From Bacteroidota bacterium (GTDB taxonomy: Bacteria; Bacteroidota; Bacteroidia; Chitinophagales; LD1), in assembly GCA_018267365.1 (NCBI GenBank), contig JAFDYQ010000009.1:64863-128862 (forward strand): a stretch of 64,000 nucleotides of DNA, read 5' to 3'. Each line of letters opens with the position of its first letter. Position 1 is the first letter of the stretch. The position numbers and the translations under genes were made by a program. The notes under the pieces are model-generated. The model saw only the letters and a list, made by a program, of their open reading frames with translations, was not told where the DNA came from and searched no databases. Shown here one piece after another: positions 27,024 through 38,025 of the stretch.

Positions 27024-28793
27024 ATGAAGCGTCTTTTATCCGCATTGCTCTCTGTCATTCTTCTTTTGATCCTGCCGCTCGCCTCACGTGCCCACGGCAC
27101 ATGGTCTATGGTGCGTGACACAGCGCCGGACTACAATGGCGGCGTGATGCTGCTGCTATCAGATGGCTCTGTGATCTGCAAGGCGACAGACGTATTTGGC
27201 TATGGCAATGTGTGGAACAAGCTGACACCGGATAGCACAGGCAGCTATGTGAATGGCAAGTGGTCTACCATCGCACCCATGATAGACGACAGGCTCTACT
27301 TCTCCTCGCAGGTGCTGCGCAGTGGCAAGGTATATGTGGCCGGAGGAGAGTACGGTGCCGGCGTGAATGCAGCGGAGATCTATGATCCCGTGGCTGATAC
27401 ATGGACTTCCATACCTACCCCGGATCCCGGCGACTCTATAGCCGATGCCAACTCACAGCTACTACCTGATGGCAGGGTGCTCCAGAATATCGTAAACTCC
27501 AATCAGATAGACTACGGCACCAAAAACCTGATCTACGATCCGGTAGCAAACTCTTTCTCCTATGGTCCGTCGTGTATAGGAGATGCAGATGAGTCCGCCT
27601 GGGCTACGCTACCTGACAATAGCATTCTTTTCGTAGACATACACAGCCTGCAGACAGACCGGTATCACCCCTCTCTGGGCAGGTGGAAAAGGGATGCGCC
27701 GGCTCCGGTGATGCTATATGACAACTATCTTTATGAAACCGGTCCTGCTGTAAACCTGCCTGATGGCTCCGTGCTATTCCTGGGAGCGAATAGCAATACA
27801 GCCATCTACATTCCGAGCGGGGATACGACTGCGGGATCGTGGATCAGGGGCCCAAAGATCCCGGATCATAATGGTATAACAGATGGATCCGCCGCAGCCA
27901 TGCGCGATGGGCTCGTACTATGCGCTGTGTCACCGGTGCCCAATGGCCCTGACCCGGATAGTATATTTCACACGCCTACTTATTTCTACGAGTTCGACTA
28001 CCTCACAGACAGTTTCACACTGGTAGATGCACCAGTGGGTGGCCCGTTTGTGCCATCTAGCCCACCATCCATACCTGTATCCACCTACGGCTGCCAGATG
28101 CTCGATCTGCCAGATGGCAATATTTTATTCTCCAATCAATATAATGACCGCTACTATATCTACACACCGGGAGGTCCTGCCATAGATGCAGGCAAGCCTT
28201 ATATCTCGTCTGTGAGTCCCGAAGGCTGCGAGTTTATAGCTACGGGATGGTTGTTTAACGGCATATCTCAGGGTGCTGCCTATGGAGACGACTGGCAGAT
28301 GTCTACCAACTATCCTATCATCCGGCTGGAGTCAGGTAGCCGTGTATACTATGCACGCACTCACGACTGGAATCATGTGGGTCTGCTGCTATCCGCCTCT
28401 GATACGACGTATTTTTCTGTGCCAGCTGACCTACCGAATGGAGACTACTCTCTATATCTGAGCGCCAATGGCATCAGCTCCGATCCTTTTGCATTTCACT
28501 ATACCAACTGCCACACAGGTCTGACAGAAATGTCATTAGATGTTTCTGATCTGAAGGTGTATCCCAATCCTGCCCGGCAAAAGGCACAACTGACCTTTAT
28601 CGCTTCCGGTACTGGAAACAGTGTACTGCACATGACTGATGTCTATGGTAGAATGGTCTGGTCGGATACATACAAGGCAGTAAGCGGGCTCAACTCTTGC
28701 ACACTGGATCTCAGCCATCTGGATAGGGGTATCTATATAGTGAGCGTGGAGCAGGACAACCGGGTGAAGACCATCAAACTAGTCTCAGAATAA
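27024..28793 (+). CDS. secreted Kelch/galactose-oxidase-like beta-propeller protein with a T9SS C-terminal sorting domain
   Basis: Signal peptide, repeated blade-like segments (LPDGRV, LPDGSV, LPDGNI), and tail KVYPNPARQKAQLTF...GIYIVSVEQDNRVKTIKLVSE. Confidence 0.6.
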   Translation: MKRLLSALLSVILLLILPLASRAHGTWSMVRDTAPDYNGGVMLLLSDGSVICKATDVFGYGNVWNKLTPDSTGSYVNGKWSTIAPMIDDRLYFSSQVLRSGKVYVAGGEYGAGVNAAEIYDPVADTWTSIPTPDPGDSIADANSQLLPDGRVLQNIVNSNQIDYGTKNLIYDPVANSFSYGPSCIGDADESAWATLPDNSILFVDIHSLQTDRYHPSLGRWKRDAPAPVMLYDNYLYETGPAVNLPDGSVLFLGANSNTAIYIPSGDTTAGSWIRGPKIPDHNGITDGSAAAMRDGLVLCAVSPVPNGPDPDSIFHTPTYFYEFDYLTDSFTLVDAPVGGPFVPSSPPSIPVSTYGCQMLDLPDGNILFSNQYNDRYYIYTPGGPAIDAGKPYISSVSPEGCEFIATGWLFNGISQGAAYGDDWQMSTNYPIIRLESGSRVYYARTHDWNHVGLLLSASDTTYFSVPADLPNGDYSLYLSANGISSDPFAFHYTNCHTGLTEMSLDVSDLKVYPNPARQKAQLTFIASGTGNSVLHMTDVYGRMVWSDTYKAVSGLNSCTLDLSHLDRGIYIVSVEQDNRVKTIKLVSE

Positions 28794-28853
28794 CAAGAGA
28801 TTTTTGCCGCTGCTCCAAAATAATCTCAGACAAAAGCCGTTTCTTAGCGCAAA

Positions 28854-29924
28854 ATGAATGCCTTGAGAAGGTTTATCCTGATAATAATGACCCTGCTGAT
28901 GATCTCTGCTGCGCAAGCGCAGATAGGTGGCAATACGGTATTCAACTTTCTGCGCAATGCTCCTTCATGGCGTCAGACAGCTCTCGGGGAGATCAATATT
29001 ACCACGATAGACTACGATCCCACTTCACAGCTTTCCAATCCGGCATCACTCAATCCGCTCATGTCGCGCCAGGTTTCTTTCAGCACGTCTATCTATCCCG
29101 GCGGAGCCAACTATGGCAATGCCTGCTATGTACATGATTTTGCTAAAAAGGGCACCTATGGATGGGGCGTGCAGTATATGACCTACGGCTACATACCGGC
29201 TACAGATGTATATGCCAATACATCGGGAAGGGTCAATGCCAATGATATCAACCTGTATGGTGGCGGCAGTTATCGTTTTGGGAGGATATTCAGCGTGGGC
29301 GCCAATGCTAAGTTCATAGGATCATTTTATGGAGACTACCGGTCCTTTGGGGTAGCGGCAGATCTGGGAGCCTCTGTGAATGACACCGCACACGGCATTG
29401 TAGCGAGTATCGTAGCCAGAAACATAGGTGTCCAGCTGACTCCGTATTCTAATGGCAGCGGGAAACGCGAACCTCTGCCTTTTGATCTGCAGGCAGGCTT
29501 TTCTGTCAAGTTCAAGGGCTTCCCGGTACGGTTTCACGTGACATTCCACGATCTGCAGCGCTGGGATATCAGGTATAGCAATCCGGCGGACCAGCAGACC
29601 AGTCTATTCTCAGACACGGTAAAAACAAAGAAAAGCGCTGCGGCGGCAGATGAGTTCTTCCGCCACCTGATAGTAGGCCTGGAGCTGAACATCAAAAAAG
29701 TGGTGTACATAGATGTATCTTATAATCATGAGCGCAGGCAGGAAGTATTGCAATCTACGCGCAGGAGTATAGCGGGATTTTCTGCCGGCATCGGTGTGCA
29801 TGTCAAGCAGATATCAGTAGGTGTGGCTCTCTCGCCTATGCCGCTGCACGCTACGCTGGCCCAGTTTACCCTCAGCATCAATACGGGTGGGTTTGTCAAG
29901 AAAAAGACGATCCCCAAAAGCTAG
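28854..29924 (+). CDS. porQ: type IX secretion system protein PorQ-like outer-membrane protein
   Basis: N-terminus QIGGNTVFNFLRNAPSWRQTALGE...NPASLNP, then FGVAADLG, REPLPFDLQAGFS and FFRHLIVGLE. These match my recollection of PorQ family sequences. Confidence 0.65.
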   Translation: MNALRRFILIIMTLLMISAAQAQIGGNTVFNFLRNAPSWRQTALGEINITTIDYDPTSQLSNPASLNPLMSRQVSFSTSIYPGGANYGNACYVHDFAKKGTYGWGVQYMTYGYIPATDVYANTSGRVNANDINLYGGGSYRFGRIFSVGANAKFIGSFYGDYRSFGVAADLGASVNDTAHGIVASIVARNIGVQLTPYSNGSGKREPLPFDLQAGFSVKFKGFPVRFHVTFHDLQRWDIRYSNPADQQTSLFSDTVKTKKSAAAADEFFRHLIVGLELNIKKVVYIDVSYNHERRQEVLQSTRRSIAGFSAGIGVHVKQISVGVALSPMPLHATLAQFTLSINTGGFVKKKTIPKS

Positions 29925-29993
29925 TTTCCCTCTTCATCTCTTATAAAAAGAAGAACGGCCACCCTTCCGAGTAGCCGTCCCTTTTCAACCCAA

Positions 29994-30011
29994 CCCCTCC
30001 GAGCGGAGGGG
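29994..30011. repeat. GC-rich hairpin CCCCTCC-GAGC-GGAGGGG between convergent genes
   Basis: 7-bp perfect arms, read directly. Same style as the hairpins at 13488 and 43212. No adjacent T-run. Confidence 0.6.
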
Positions 30012-30039
30012 CCTAAACCCAATTTATGAAAAAACCCAT

Positions 30040-30486
30040 TTACGATACTTTGATCTCGATAGGTCCTTTTGCTTTCGCTTCTTCCACTTTAGGAAGTACT
30101 ACATAAAGGATGCCATCTTTGTATTCCGCGCTTATTTTTTCTGCATTCACGGTCTTGGGGAGCGTGAAGCTGCGCTTGAACGATGCGAAGTGAAATTCCC
30201 TGCGGGTCCATTTCTCATTTTCTTCATTCTTGACGTCAGACTTTTCGGTGCTGATGGTCAGTATGTTGTCATTTACCTCCAGTTTGAAGCCATCCTTGGC
30301 TTGGCCGGGAGCAGCGATCTCTATCCTGTAGTTATCTGCCGCTTCTTTAGTATTGACCAGTACCGGAGTGCGTACTCCTTCAAAGAAGTCATTTGTAAAT
30401 TCATTTTCCGAGAAGGTGTCAAACCAGTTTGTAAACCGTGGAAATCCAAATCTTCCTGCTTGTGGTTTTACTGAAACGAGTGTCAT
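30040..30486 (-). CDS. Hsp20/alpha-crystallin small heat-shock protein
   Basis: 148 aa with alpha-crystallin domain features (YRIEIAAPGQAKDGFKLEV...REFHFASFKRSFTLP...GILYVVLPK). Confidence 0.9.
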   Translation of the reverse strand: MTLVSVKPQAGRFGFPRFTNWFDTFSENEFTNDFFEGVRTPVLVNTKEAADNYRIEIAAPGQAKDGFKLEVNDNILTISTEKSDVKNEENEKWTRREFHFASFKRSFTLPKTVNAEKISAEYKDGILYVVLPKVEEAKAKGPIEIKVS

Positions 30487-30738
30487 ATTCTGTTATTTTT
30501 TTGGTTTAAGTAATATGACTCGTAACAGTCAAAGGTCGTACTATCTCATTTTTTGCGCCATTTTGTCTATTTTATCTAAATTTTAAGTGACAAATTGGCA
30601 AACAATTGTTTTTGAACCGACAGATATGCTTTTAGAACGCTTAAGGCTGTTATCACCTATCTTTCATAGACGGTGGTGGCCGCCGAAACTTACTCCTATT
30701 GCGAGTTGCCGTTTTCCTACCTTTATCACCATTACTTT

Positions 30739-31659
30739 ATGGATCAGGTCAGTCTCAAACAGATAGAAAAGCGCTACGGCGACCATATAGCCTCTGCCAA
30801 TGTGAGCTTTGATATTCCCAAAGGGTCCATCTATGGATTATTGGGCCCTAACGGTGCCGGTAAGACTACGCTCATACGCATGATCACCCGGATCACGATG
30901 CCTGACAGGGGTCAGATCCTCTTTGGCGGGGAACCGCTGCGAGAGGAGCACACCGCGCGCATAGGCTATATGCCGGAGGAGCGTGGCCTCTATAAAACAA
31001 TGAAGGTATATGAGCACCTGATCTATCTGGCCCGGCTCAAAGACCTCAGCGGCTCAGAAGCGGCCCGCCGGGTAAACCTGTGGCTGGATAAATTTGAGAT
31101 AGCCGGCTGGAAGCAAAAAAAGATAGAAGAGCTCTCTAAGGGTATGGCGCAGAAAGTGCAGTTCATAGCTACTGTGCTACATGACCCGGACCTGCTGATA
31201 CTGGATGAGCCCTTCTCCGGCCTCGACCCCATCAATGCCAAGCTGATAGAAGATGAGATATATGCACTGCGCGGGCAGGGCAAGACGATCATTTTCTCTA
31301 CGCACCGCATGGAGCAGGTAGAGGATATCTGTGATCAGATAGCACTGATAGATCAGGGCCACAAAATACTGGAAGGTGATGTGTCTGAACTGAAGCAACG
31401 ATTCAAGGAAGATAAATATCATATCACCTTTGATGGTGTAGTAGGAGATGATTTTGCCGAGACATTTGACGTACAGATGGTCACAGCGCATGAGGCTACT
31501 GTGCACTCCCGCTCCTGTAGCAATGATATCCTGAAGTACTTTATAGATCGTGACATCACTGTGCGCGGGTATAGTGAGCTACTACCCAGCCTCAACGAGA
31601 TATTTATCCGGGCAGTGAATGAGCAACAAATAAAAGCGGGCAAGCCGGCCTACATATGA
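30739..31659 (+). CDS. ABC transporter ATP-binding protein (ABC-2/NatA type)
   Basis: ORF 30673..31659; the first ATG is at 30739. Walker A GPNGAGKTT, signature LSKGMAQKV, Walker B LLILDEPFSGLD. Confidence 0.9.
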   Translation: MDQVSLKQIEKRYGDHIASANVSFDIPKGSIYGLLGPNGAGKTTLIRMITRITMPDRGQILFGGEPLREEHTARIGYMPEERGLYKTMKVYEHLIYLARLKDLSGSEAARRVNLWLDKFEIAGWKQKKIEELSKGMAQKVQFIATVLHDPDLLILDEPFSGLDPINAKLIEDEIYALRGQGKTIIFSTHRMEQVEDICDQIALIDQGHKILEGDVSELKQRFKEDKYHITFDGVVGDDFAETFDVQMVTAHEATVHSRSCSNDILKYFIDRDITVRGYSELLPSLNEIFIRAVNEQQIKAGKPAYI

Positions 31660-32942
31660 GCAAGATACTGATCATCATACAGCGCGAGTATATCACCCGC
31701 GTGCGCAAGAGGACCTTCATCATCTCTACGCTGCTGGCCCCGTTAGGTTTTTTTGCACTCATCTTGTTTTCGGTGCTGATGTCAAACTACTCCGGCGGCA
31801 CACGCCAGGTGGCCATCTCTGATGAGTCGGGGCTCTTTGGCGGCGTGGTATTTCCAGATGCTACAGATGGATCCGTAGAGTTTCACTACCTGAAGCAGGG
31901 CGAAGCGCCATCCAAAAAATATGACGCGATTATTCGCATCCCATCCAATTATGACATAGACAATCCCCGCAAAGTATCTATAGCCTGCACTTCTGACAAG
32001 AGCCTGGGCATGATGGCCAGCACTTATATCAACAAGGTCTTTTCCGACAAAGTCAGACAGGTGAGAGCCACCAAAATGAATATCACCCAGGAGCAGCTGG
32101 AAAACCTGAATACTGATATAGAGCTCAGCTATCAAAAACTATCAGAGGACAAGAAAAAGGATGGCGCTGCGATCATGGGTATGCTGCTGGGATATGTGAT
32201 CGGCATAGCGATTTACACGCTTCTGCTGGTATATGGTACGATGATCATGAAGGGAATAGTAGAGGAGAAATCATCGCGTATCATGGAGGTGCTGGTATCC
32301 AGCGTCAAGCCTATTCAGCTGATGATAGGCAAGATCCTGGGGATAGCGGCAGTCGGCCTGACCCAGTTTGTCATCTGGATCATTTTGATCACGTGCACGT
32401 TCGTCTTTCTTCTGCCAGCCATTGGCATCATCCATCCATCGGTGCCCTCCGTGACACCGGTCAGCGATAGCGGCTTCTCATCTCTTGTTTCTCAAAACCT
32501 TCCGCTACTCTTTCAGTTTCACTATGGTCCTATGCTGGTTGTTTTGCTATTGTTTTTTTTGGGTGGCTTCCTGCTATATGGTTCACTCTTCGCCGCGATA
32601 GGTGCTGCCGGGGGTGATGAGACAGACTCTCAGTCGTTGACATTTCCGGTCATACTTCCTATCATCATCACGATAGCCATGATGACCAATATCCTGGGCC
32701 AGCCCGATGGCAAACTAGCCTTTTGGGCATCGCTGGTGCCATTTTGCTCGCCTATCATCATGCCGGCTCTGATGCCTACTAACCCGCCTATCTGGCAGAT
32801 CCTTCTATCTCTGACGTTGCTCTTTGCCGGTTTCCTGGTGTGCGTATCACTGGCTGCCAGGATCTACCGCACAGGTATCCTGATGTATGGCAAGAAGACC
32901 TCTTTTCGTGAGATCGGTCGCTGGCTTTTCATGAAAAGTTGA
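31656..32942 (+). CDS. ABC-2 family transporter permease (NatB-like)
   Basis: ATGA overlap with the ATPase gene. An N-terminal TM helix, a large loop, then five or more C-terminal TM helices. Confidence 0.75.
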   Translation: MSKILIIIQREYITRVRKRTFIISTLLAPLGFFALILFSVLMSNYSGGTRQVAISDESGLFGGVVFPDATDGSVEFHYLKQGEAPSKKYDAIIRIPSNYDIDNPRKVSIACTSDKSLGMMASTYINKVFSDKVRQVRATKMNITQEQLENLNTDIELSYQKLSEDKKKDGAAIMGMLLGYVIGIAIYTLLLVYGTMIMKGIVEEKSSRIMEVLVSSVKPIQLMIGKILGIAAVGLTQFVIWIILITCTFVFLLPAIGIIHPSVPSVTPVSDSGFSSLVSQNLPLLFQFHYGPMLVVLLLFFLGGFLLYGSLFAAIGAAGGDETDSQSLTFPVILPIIITIAMMTNILGQPDGKLAFWASLVPFCSPIIMPALMPTNPPIWQILLSLTLLFAGFLVCVSLAARIYRTGILMYGKKTSFREIGRWLFMKS

Positions 32943-33052
32943 CAGATGATTTGCGGATAGTCACTGGTGATCTGCTACACATTCTCTACTTTGGCACTTG
33001 ATTTGCAAATTGGCTGCATAACAATTTTTTGACCAACACTAAATTTTCAACC

Positions 33053-33940
33053 ATGACGATCAAACGACTCATAAGCACCACCATTTACCTTTTTCCTTTG
33101 TTTGCGTTCGCACAGCAGGAGGTCAAAGTCTCAGAGACAGTGAAGGACTTTAGCGGAGGCAATAAAAGCTCATATGTGCTCACCATTCCGGAGGCCAATA
33201 TCAAGGACATCAATAGCGACTGGCAGAAAATGATCAAGAAGGATGCGAAAGGAAAAATAGAAGACAATAAATCTGAAGTCAAAGCCTCACTGGTGACACT
33301 CAAAAACGTGTCGGGTGTGCCTCTCATGATCTACAGCCGCACCATGGAGGCCCAAGGGGGTATCCAGCTGTCTGTCTGGCTGATGGAGGGAGACTCCTTT
33401 ATCTCTACAGGATACTCTGCGGACAAAAGCACCGCCGTGCAAAAATACCTGCACGACTTTGGTGTACAGGAGTACAAGGCCGTAGCCAAAAAACAACTCG
33501 AAGACCAGCAAAACAAACAGAAGCAACTGGAGAAGATCTATGACGGCTTTGTGAAAGACCAGAAAAACGCGGACAAGGAAGTAGCTGACGCACAAAAAGA
33601 AATAGAGAAACTGAAGCAAAAGAACATAGACGAAGAAGGCAATATCAAACAGGCTAAGGCAAACAAAGAGGCAAACATAGCCACAGCGGCATCTCAAAAG
33701 GATACAGAAGCCGAAAAGAAGCATAACAAAGAAATGCAGGGCTATATCAAAGACCAGGAAAAAGCTGAAAATAACATCAAAAGCAACAATAAGCGCATAG
33801 AGCGCCTGCAGGATAAAATCAAAGAAGAAACTGCTAATAGCGCGAAAGCTAAGGACAACCAAGGCCCCGCAGGCAGCAATGTAGATGCGCAGAAGACACA
33901 GGTGGCCGCAGCACAGGATAAGCTGAATAATATTAAATAA
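33053..33940 (+). CDS. hypothetical secreted protein with a Lys/Gln/Glu-rich coiled-coil C-terminal half
   Basis: ORF 33029 (TTG)..33940; ATG 33053 gives the signal peptide MTIKRLISTTIYLFPLFAFAQQ. The C-terminal ~150 aa is heptad-like and charged. Confidence 0.5.
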   Translation: MTIKRLISTTIYLFPLFAFAQQEVKVSETVKDFSGGNKSSYVLTIPEANIKDINSDWQKMIKKDAKGKIEDNKSEVKASLVTLKNVSGVPLMIYSRTMEAQGGIQLSVWLMEGDSFISTGYSADKSTAVQKYLHDFGVQEYKAVAKKQLEDQQNKQKQLEKIYDGFVKDQKNADKEVADAQKEIEKLKQKNIDEEGNIKQAKANKEANIATAASQKDTEAEKKHNKEMQGYIKDQEKAENNIKSNNKRIERLQDKIKEETANSAKAKDNQGPAGSNVDAQKTQVAAAQDKLNNIK

Positions 33941-33953
33941 ATTATAGCCTTGC

Positions 33954-34982
33954 TTATTTTAGAAGTCTCGCCACGGTAGACTCTACCAAGGGTAGCTCTG
34001 TATTGCCTGAGGTACTCAATACGAGCTTCCTGCTCCGGTCAAAAACCATGAACGCGGGCATGGCAGAAATCTGGTATGTGAGGGGTACTATACCATTTAT
34101 TCCTCCGAGGTCAGATAGATTCATCCACAGATGGTCATATTCTTCAGATCTGGCGATCCAGTCTGCCTTATGCGCCATTTCGTCCACAGAGAATGATACT
34201 ATCTCCAGGCCTTGATCATGATAGCGGGTATACAGCGATTTGAGGGGAGCTGAGATCTGGCGACAGGGCCCGCATCCTGAGTACCAAAAATAGACAAGTA
34301 TTGCCTTGCCCCGGATGTTTCGCGTGCTAGATGAGTCGCCCCTGATAGTGATACCACTCATGTCCACCAATGAGTCGCCGAGATTTGATATCTTGTAGGT
34401 AGCTCTTAATTTATTGCTGACATAATCCTCGATGGTCCGAAACGTTGGCCAGCGCTCGCAGCTCTTCCGTACCAAATTCATCAGCGCAATAGTCGTGTCT
34501 ATTGGCGCCCTGTACATAATGTGAGACAAAGAAAAAACAGCGATGAAGTTATTTGGATGCTGCCGGATATATCTCTTCTTGAACTCATCCAGCTGAGCCA
34601 AAGTGATAAGTCGTTTTTGAAATAAGGTCTCCATAGAATCACTGAGCACATAATCTGTATCCATCTTAATCCAGTCCCGACTTACTATTTGGTGACTGCT
34701 TGCGTCGATAGTTAAATGTCGTTGAGTTCTGGTAGTATCTATCCAAAACCGGGCTTTGATGTGTTTGCCGGCATCGAGTATCAGAAACAAGTGTTTGGGC
34801 TCATTTACCGACAGCTTATAAAGAGTCATTGAGTCGTTGATGGTCTTAACCGGACAACCGGCAAAACCGGCAATTTGCAAGTAACCTCGGCCTGCTCTCC
34901 AGGTGACCGCCAATTCTGTCTGGGCAGACGCAAAGTCCATCAAGAACAAGACCCACAAACAAAGTAGCGACGCAACTTTCAT
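33954..34982 (-). CDS. TlpA/AhpC-like thiol:disulfide oxidoreductase, secreted
   Basis: ORF 33954..34994; ATG 34982 gives the signal peptide MKVASLLCLWVLFLMDFASAQ. The C-terminal thioredoxin fold carries WYSGCGPC. Confidence 0.7.
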   Translation of the reverse strand: MKVASLLCLWVLFLMDFASAQTELAVTWRAGRGYLQIAGFAGCPVKTINDSMTLYKLSVNEPKHLFLILDAGKHIKARFWIDTTRTQRHLTIDASSHQIVSRDWIKMDTDYVLSDSMETLFQKRLITLAQLDEFKKRYIRQHPNNFIAVFSLSHIMYRAPIDTTIALMNLVRKSCERWPTFRTIEDYVSNKLRATYKISNLGDSLVDMSGITIRGDSSSTRNIRGKAILVYFWYSGCGPCRQISAPLKSLYTRYHDQGLEIVSFSVDEMAHKADWIARSEEYDHLWMNLSDLGGINGIVPLTYQISAMPAFMVFDRSRKLVLSTSGNTELPLVESTVARLLK

Positions 34983-34991
34983 ATGTCGAAC

Positions 34992-34999
34992 CAAATATA
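34992..34999 (-). promoter_or_regulatory. candidate -7 promoter box TATATTTG
   Basis: Exact TAnnTTTG match, 9 nt upstream of ATG 34982. The TTG 'start' of the ORF-track call lies inside this box. Confidence 0.4.
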
Positions 35000-35157
35000 A
35001 CCCATATCCGGGGCAAATTCAGCCATTGTGTTTTCCTGATCACCTGTTGCAGAGAACGATTGAGCCAACTTGGTTGCCTTGAATTCACGGCATTCTCGGT
35101 TGTCATGCCATTGCAGGATTAATGAATTTGGTTAAATTGCGGAGTATAACTATTTGA

Positions 35158-36021
35158 ATGAAAGGAATAATACTCGCGGGAGGTTCCGGCACACGTCTCT
35201 ATCCGATCACATATGCGATCAGCAAGCAGATCATGCCGATATACGATAAACCCATGATCTACTACCCGCTGTCAGTGCTGCTCAAGGCGGGTATCAATGA
35301 GATACTGATCATATCTACTCCTACGGATCTACCCAACTTTGAGCGACTGCTGGGCGATGGCAGGAAATACGGCTGCAAATTCTCATACAAGATACAAGAG
35401 GTACCCAATGGCCTCGCACAGGCGTTTGTACTGGGTGAAGCGTTCATAGGCTCGGACAAGGTAGCCTTGATACTGGGAGATAATATCTTCTACGGCACCG
35501 GCCTGGATCAGCTCCTGAAGAGTAATAATAATCCGGACGGCGGCGTAGTCTACGCCTATCACGTATCTGACCCGGAGCGCTACGGTGTGGTAGACTTTGA
35601 CAAAGAAGGCAATGCAATCTCTATAGAAGAGAAACCCAAGGAGCCCAAATCAAACTATGCGGTACCGGGGCTATACTTCTATGACAATGAGGTGGTCAAG
35701 ATAGCTAAAGAGCTAAAGCCCAGTCCTCGCGGTGAATACGAGATCACAGACGTAAATAAAGAATACCTGCGCCGTGGCAAGCTGAAGGTAGGGATACTGG
35801 ACCGCGGTACAGCCTGGCTGGACACGGGCACCTTTGACTCTCTGATGCAGGCATCACAGTTCGTACAGGTGATAGAGCAGCGCCAGGGCCTGAAGGTAGG
35901 CTGTATAGAGGAGGAGGCCTTTCGCCAGGGCTTTATCAGCCGCGACCAGCTCAAAGCACTCGCCGAACCCCTCATGAAAAGTGGCTATGGCAAATACCTC
36001 ATGGACCTTTTGACAGCGTAA
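35158..36021 (+). CDS. rfbA: glucose-1-phosphate thymidylyltransferase
   Basis: [19 protein letters not shown]-terminus; RmlA-typical sequence throughout ([15 protein letters not shown]). Confidence 0.92.
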   Translation: MKGIILAGGSGTRLYPITYAISKQIMPIYDKPMIYYPLSVLLKAGINEILIISTPTDLPNFERLLGDGRKYGCKFSYKIQEVPNGLAQAFVLGEAFIGSDKVALILGDNIFYGTGLDQLLKSNNNPDGGVVYAYHVSDPERYGVVDFDKEGNAISIEEKPKEPKSNYAVPGLYFYDNEVVKIAKELKPSPRGEYEITDVNKEYLRRGKLKVGILDRGTAWLDTGTFDSLMQASQFVQVIEQRQGLKVGCIEEEAFRQGFISRDQLKALAEPLMKSGYGKYLMDLLTA

Positions 36022-36052
36022 TAAAACGACCCCTAACCCAAGATCAAAAGGC

Positions 36053-36991
36053 ATGACAAAAAAAATACTCGTCACCGGTGGTGCAGGATTTGTAGGAAGC
36101 TGTATGGTGGATCGCCTGATAGAGGATCCCGATAACCTTGTGGTGATAGTAGACGACCTCTCTACGGGCAATATCACCCGCCTGCCGGAGGTACATAAGG
36201 ATCGCTGGAAGTTTATCAAGTGCAATGTGAATGGCTATCGCGACATCTCTGCGGTGATGATGGCCTATCAGTTTGACTATGTATTTCACTATGCCGCTGT
36301 AGTAGGTGTGCAGCGCACGCTGCAGAATCCGGTATCAGTACTGCAAGACATCAATGGCTTCAAGTATCTGCTGGACCTCTGCAAAAATACAGGTGTAAAA
36401 CGTGTCTTTTTCTCTTCCTCCTCAGAGGTATATGGCGAACCATTCGAGCATCCGCAAAACGAACACACCACTCCGCTCAACTCGCGCCTGCCGTATGCAG
36501 TAGTAAAGAATGTAGGAGAGGCTTTTTTACGCTCATACAAGCAGGAGTTTGATCTCGACTATACGATCTTCCGATTCTTCAATACATACGGCCCTAAGCA
36601 GAGCCAGGACTTTGTGATGTCCAAGTTTATCAATGCGGCTCTGGCCGGTCGTGATATTACGATCTACGGAGATGGCTCACAGACACGTACCTTCTGCTAT
36701 AAAGATGATAATGTAGACGCCTGCTATAATGCCTTTGTCAATGACTATATCGTGAATGATACAGTCAACATAGGCAGTGACTTTGAAACTACAGTACTGG
36801 ACCTGGCCAAGCTCATCATACAGGTGACCGGGTCTAAATCAAAGATCGTCTTCCTGCCACCGCTAAAGGAGGGAGACATGAGCCGCCGCAAACCGGATAA
36901 TAGCAAGATGCGCGAGCTGCTGGGCCGACCGCTCATCCCTATAGAGGCCGGTATACGGCTCACGATAGAGTCGGGCAAATACAACTATTGA
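36053..36991 (+). CDS. NAD-dependent sugar epimerase/dehydratase (UDP-glucuronate decarboxylase-like extended SDR)
   Basis: Rossmann motif VTGGAGFVGS, SSSEVYG, and a catalytic YxxxK (YAVVK). Confidence 0.75.
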   Translation: MTKKILVTGGAGFVGSCMVDRLIEDPDNLVVIVDDLSTGNITRLPEVHKDRWKFIKCNVNGYRDISAVMMAYQFDYVFHYAAVVGVQRTLQNPVSVLQDINGFKYLLDLCKNTGVKRVFFSSSSEVYGEPFEHPQNEHTTPLNSRLPYAVVKNVGEAFLRSYKQEFDLDYTIFRFFNTYGPKQSQDFVMSKFINAALAGRDITIYGDGSQTRTFCYKDDNVDACYNAFVNDYIVNDTVNIGSDFETTVLDLAKLIIQVTGSKSKIVFLPPLKEGDMSRRKPDNSKMRELLGRPLIPIEAGIRLTIESGKYNY

Positions 36992-37034
36992 TCTGCCATT
37001 TACTCTGAGATTTTATTAGTTTCTTTAGGCTGCT

Positions 37035-38018
37035 ATGTCAGTCCGCAAGAGCTTCATATCCTTTACCTCACCATTCACCTCTGTGCTGCCACTGAGTGTA
37101 CTGACGGCACTGACAGGGCATCACTTTATTATCCCTTTCTATCATGTAGTCAGTGACGAGCCGTGCCCGCATATACGACATCTCTATTCCTTCAAAAATG
37201 TCAAACAGTTTGAGCGTGATCTGGACCATCTCACCTCGCAATACAAACCCATAGCAGCATCAGATCTGGAGGATGTAGTGGCGGGGAAATATAAGGGGAA
37301 GAAAATAATGCTGCTGACATTCGATGATGGCCTCAGGCAGATGTATGACACGGTAACTCCGATCCTTTTGCGCAAGGGTATTCCAGCAGTCTTTTTTGTC
37401 AATAACGATTTCGTAGACAACAAGGCGCTTATGTTTAGGTATAAGGTGAGTCTAGGAATAGGCGCAGACTATGACAAATACTTTGCCCTGAGCAATAACA
37501 TGGACAAGATAAAAAGTGATACAGACCTGCAGGAAATCCTGGATGAGAGTCTGAAAGATGATGTCCTCGCGCTAAACGAGCTGTGTGATAGCTTTCTGAA
37601 AAGCTATAAGCCCTATATGACATCTGCGCAGATCAGAGCGCTGATCTCACAAGGCTTTAGCATAGGCTCACACAGTATGAACCACCCATACTATCACACA
37701 CTATCTCTGGAGCAGCAGCTGTCACAGACGTTAGATTCCATTGACGGCTTGCAAAAGCAATTTAACATCAGGCAGCGCCTCTTTGCTTTTCCATTTACAG
37801 ATCACGGTGTATCAAAGGCTTTCTTTGACAAGATATTTACCGAGGGCAAAATGGATTTCACTTTCGGTGGGGCGGGTATCAAGAATGACATACATCCACG
37901 ACAGATGCAGCGGATACCGATGGAGGGATGGGCAGCCGGTGCAGAGCAGACGCTGAAATCTGAATACCTTTACTACCTGCTCAGAGCGCCACTGATGCGC
38001 AATACGATAAAAAGGTAA
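37035..38018 (+). CDS. polysaccharide deacetylase (CE4) family protein
   Basis: LLTFDDGLRQMYD (TFDDG motif), and HSMNHP further downstream. Confidence 0.75.
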   Translation: MSVRKSFISFTSPFTSVLPLSVLTALTGHHFIIPFYHVVSDEPCPHIRHLYSFKNVKQFERDLDHLTSQYKPIAASDLEDVVAGKYKGKKIMLLTFDDGLRQMYDTVTPILLRKGIPAVFFVNNDFVDNKALMFRYKVSLGIGADYDKYFALSNNMDKIKSDTDLQEILDESLKDDVLALNELCDSFLKSYKPYMTSAQIRALISQGFSIGSHSMNHPYYHTLSLEQQLSQTLDSIDGLQKQFNIRQRLFAFPFTDHGVSKAFFDKIFTEGKMDFTFGGAGIKNDIHPRQMQRIPMEGWAAGAEQTLKSEYLYYLLRAPLMRNTIKR

Positions 38019-38025
38019 AACCGGG

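Noticed and set aside
33001-33010. Perfect 10-bp palindrome ATTTGCAAAT upstream of the coiled-coil protein gene
   Set aside because: It is short and AT-rich, it is a single occurrence, and the flanks do not extend the symmetry. It is within chance expectation for an AT-rich intergenic region.
33287-33862. 191-aa minus-strand ORF antisense to the coiled-coil protein gene
   Set aside because: The Phe/Leu/Val-rich translation is the complement of a Lys/Glu/Gln-rich coding strand, so it is an artefact of low-complexity sequence.
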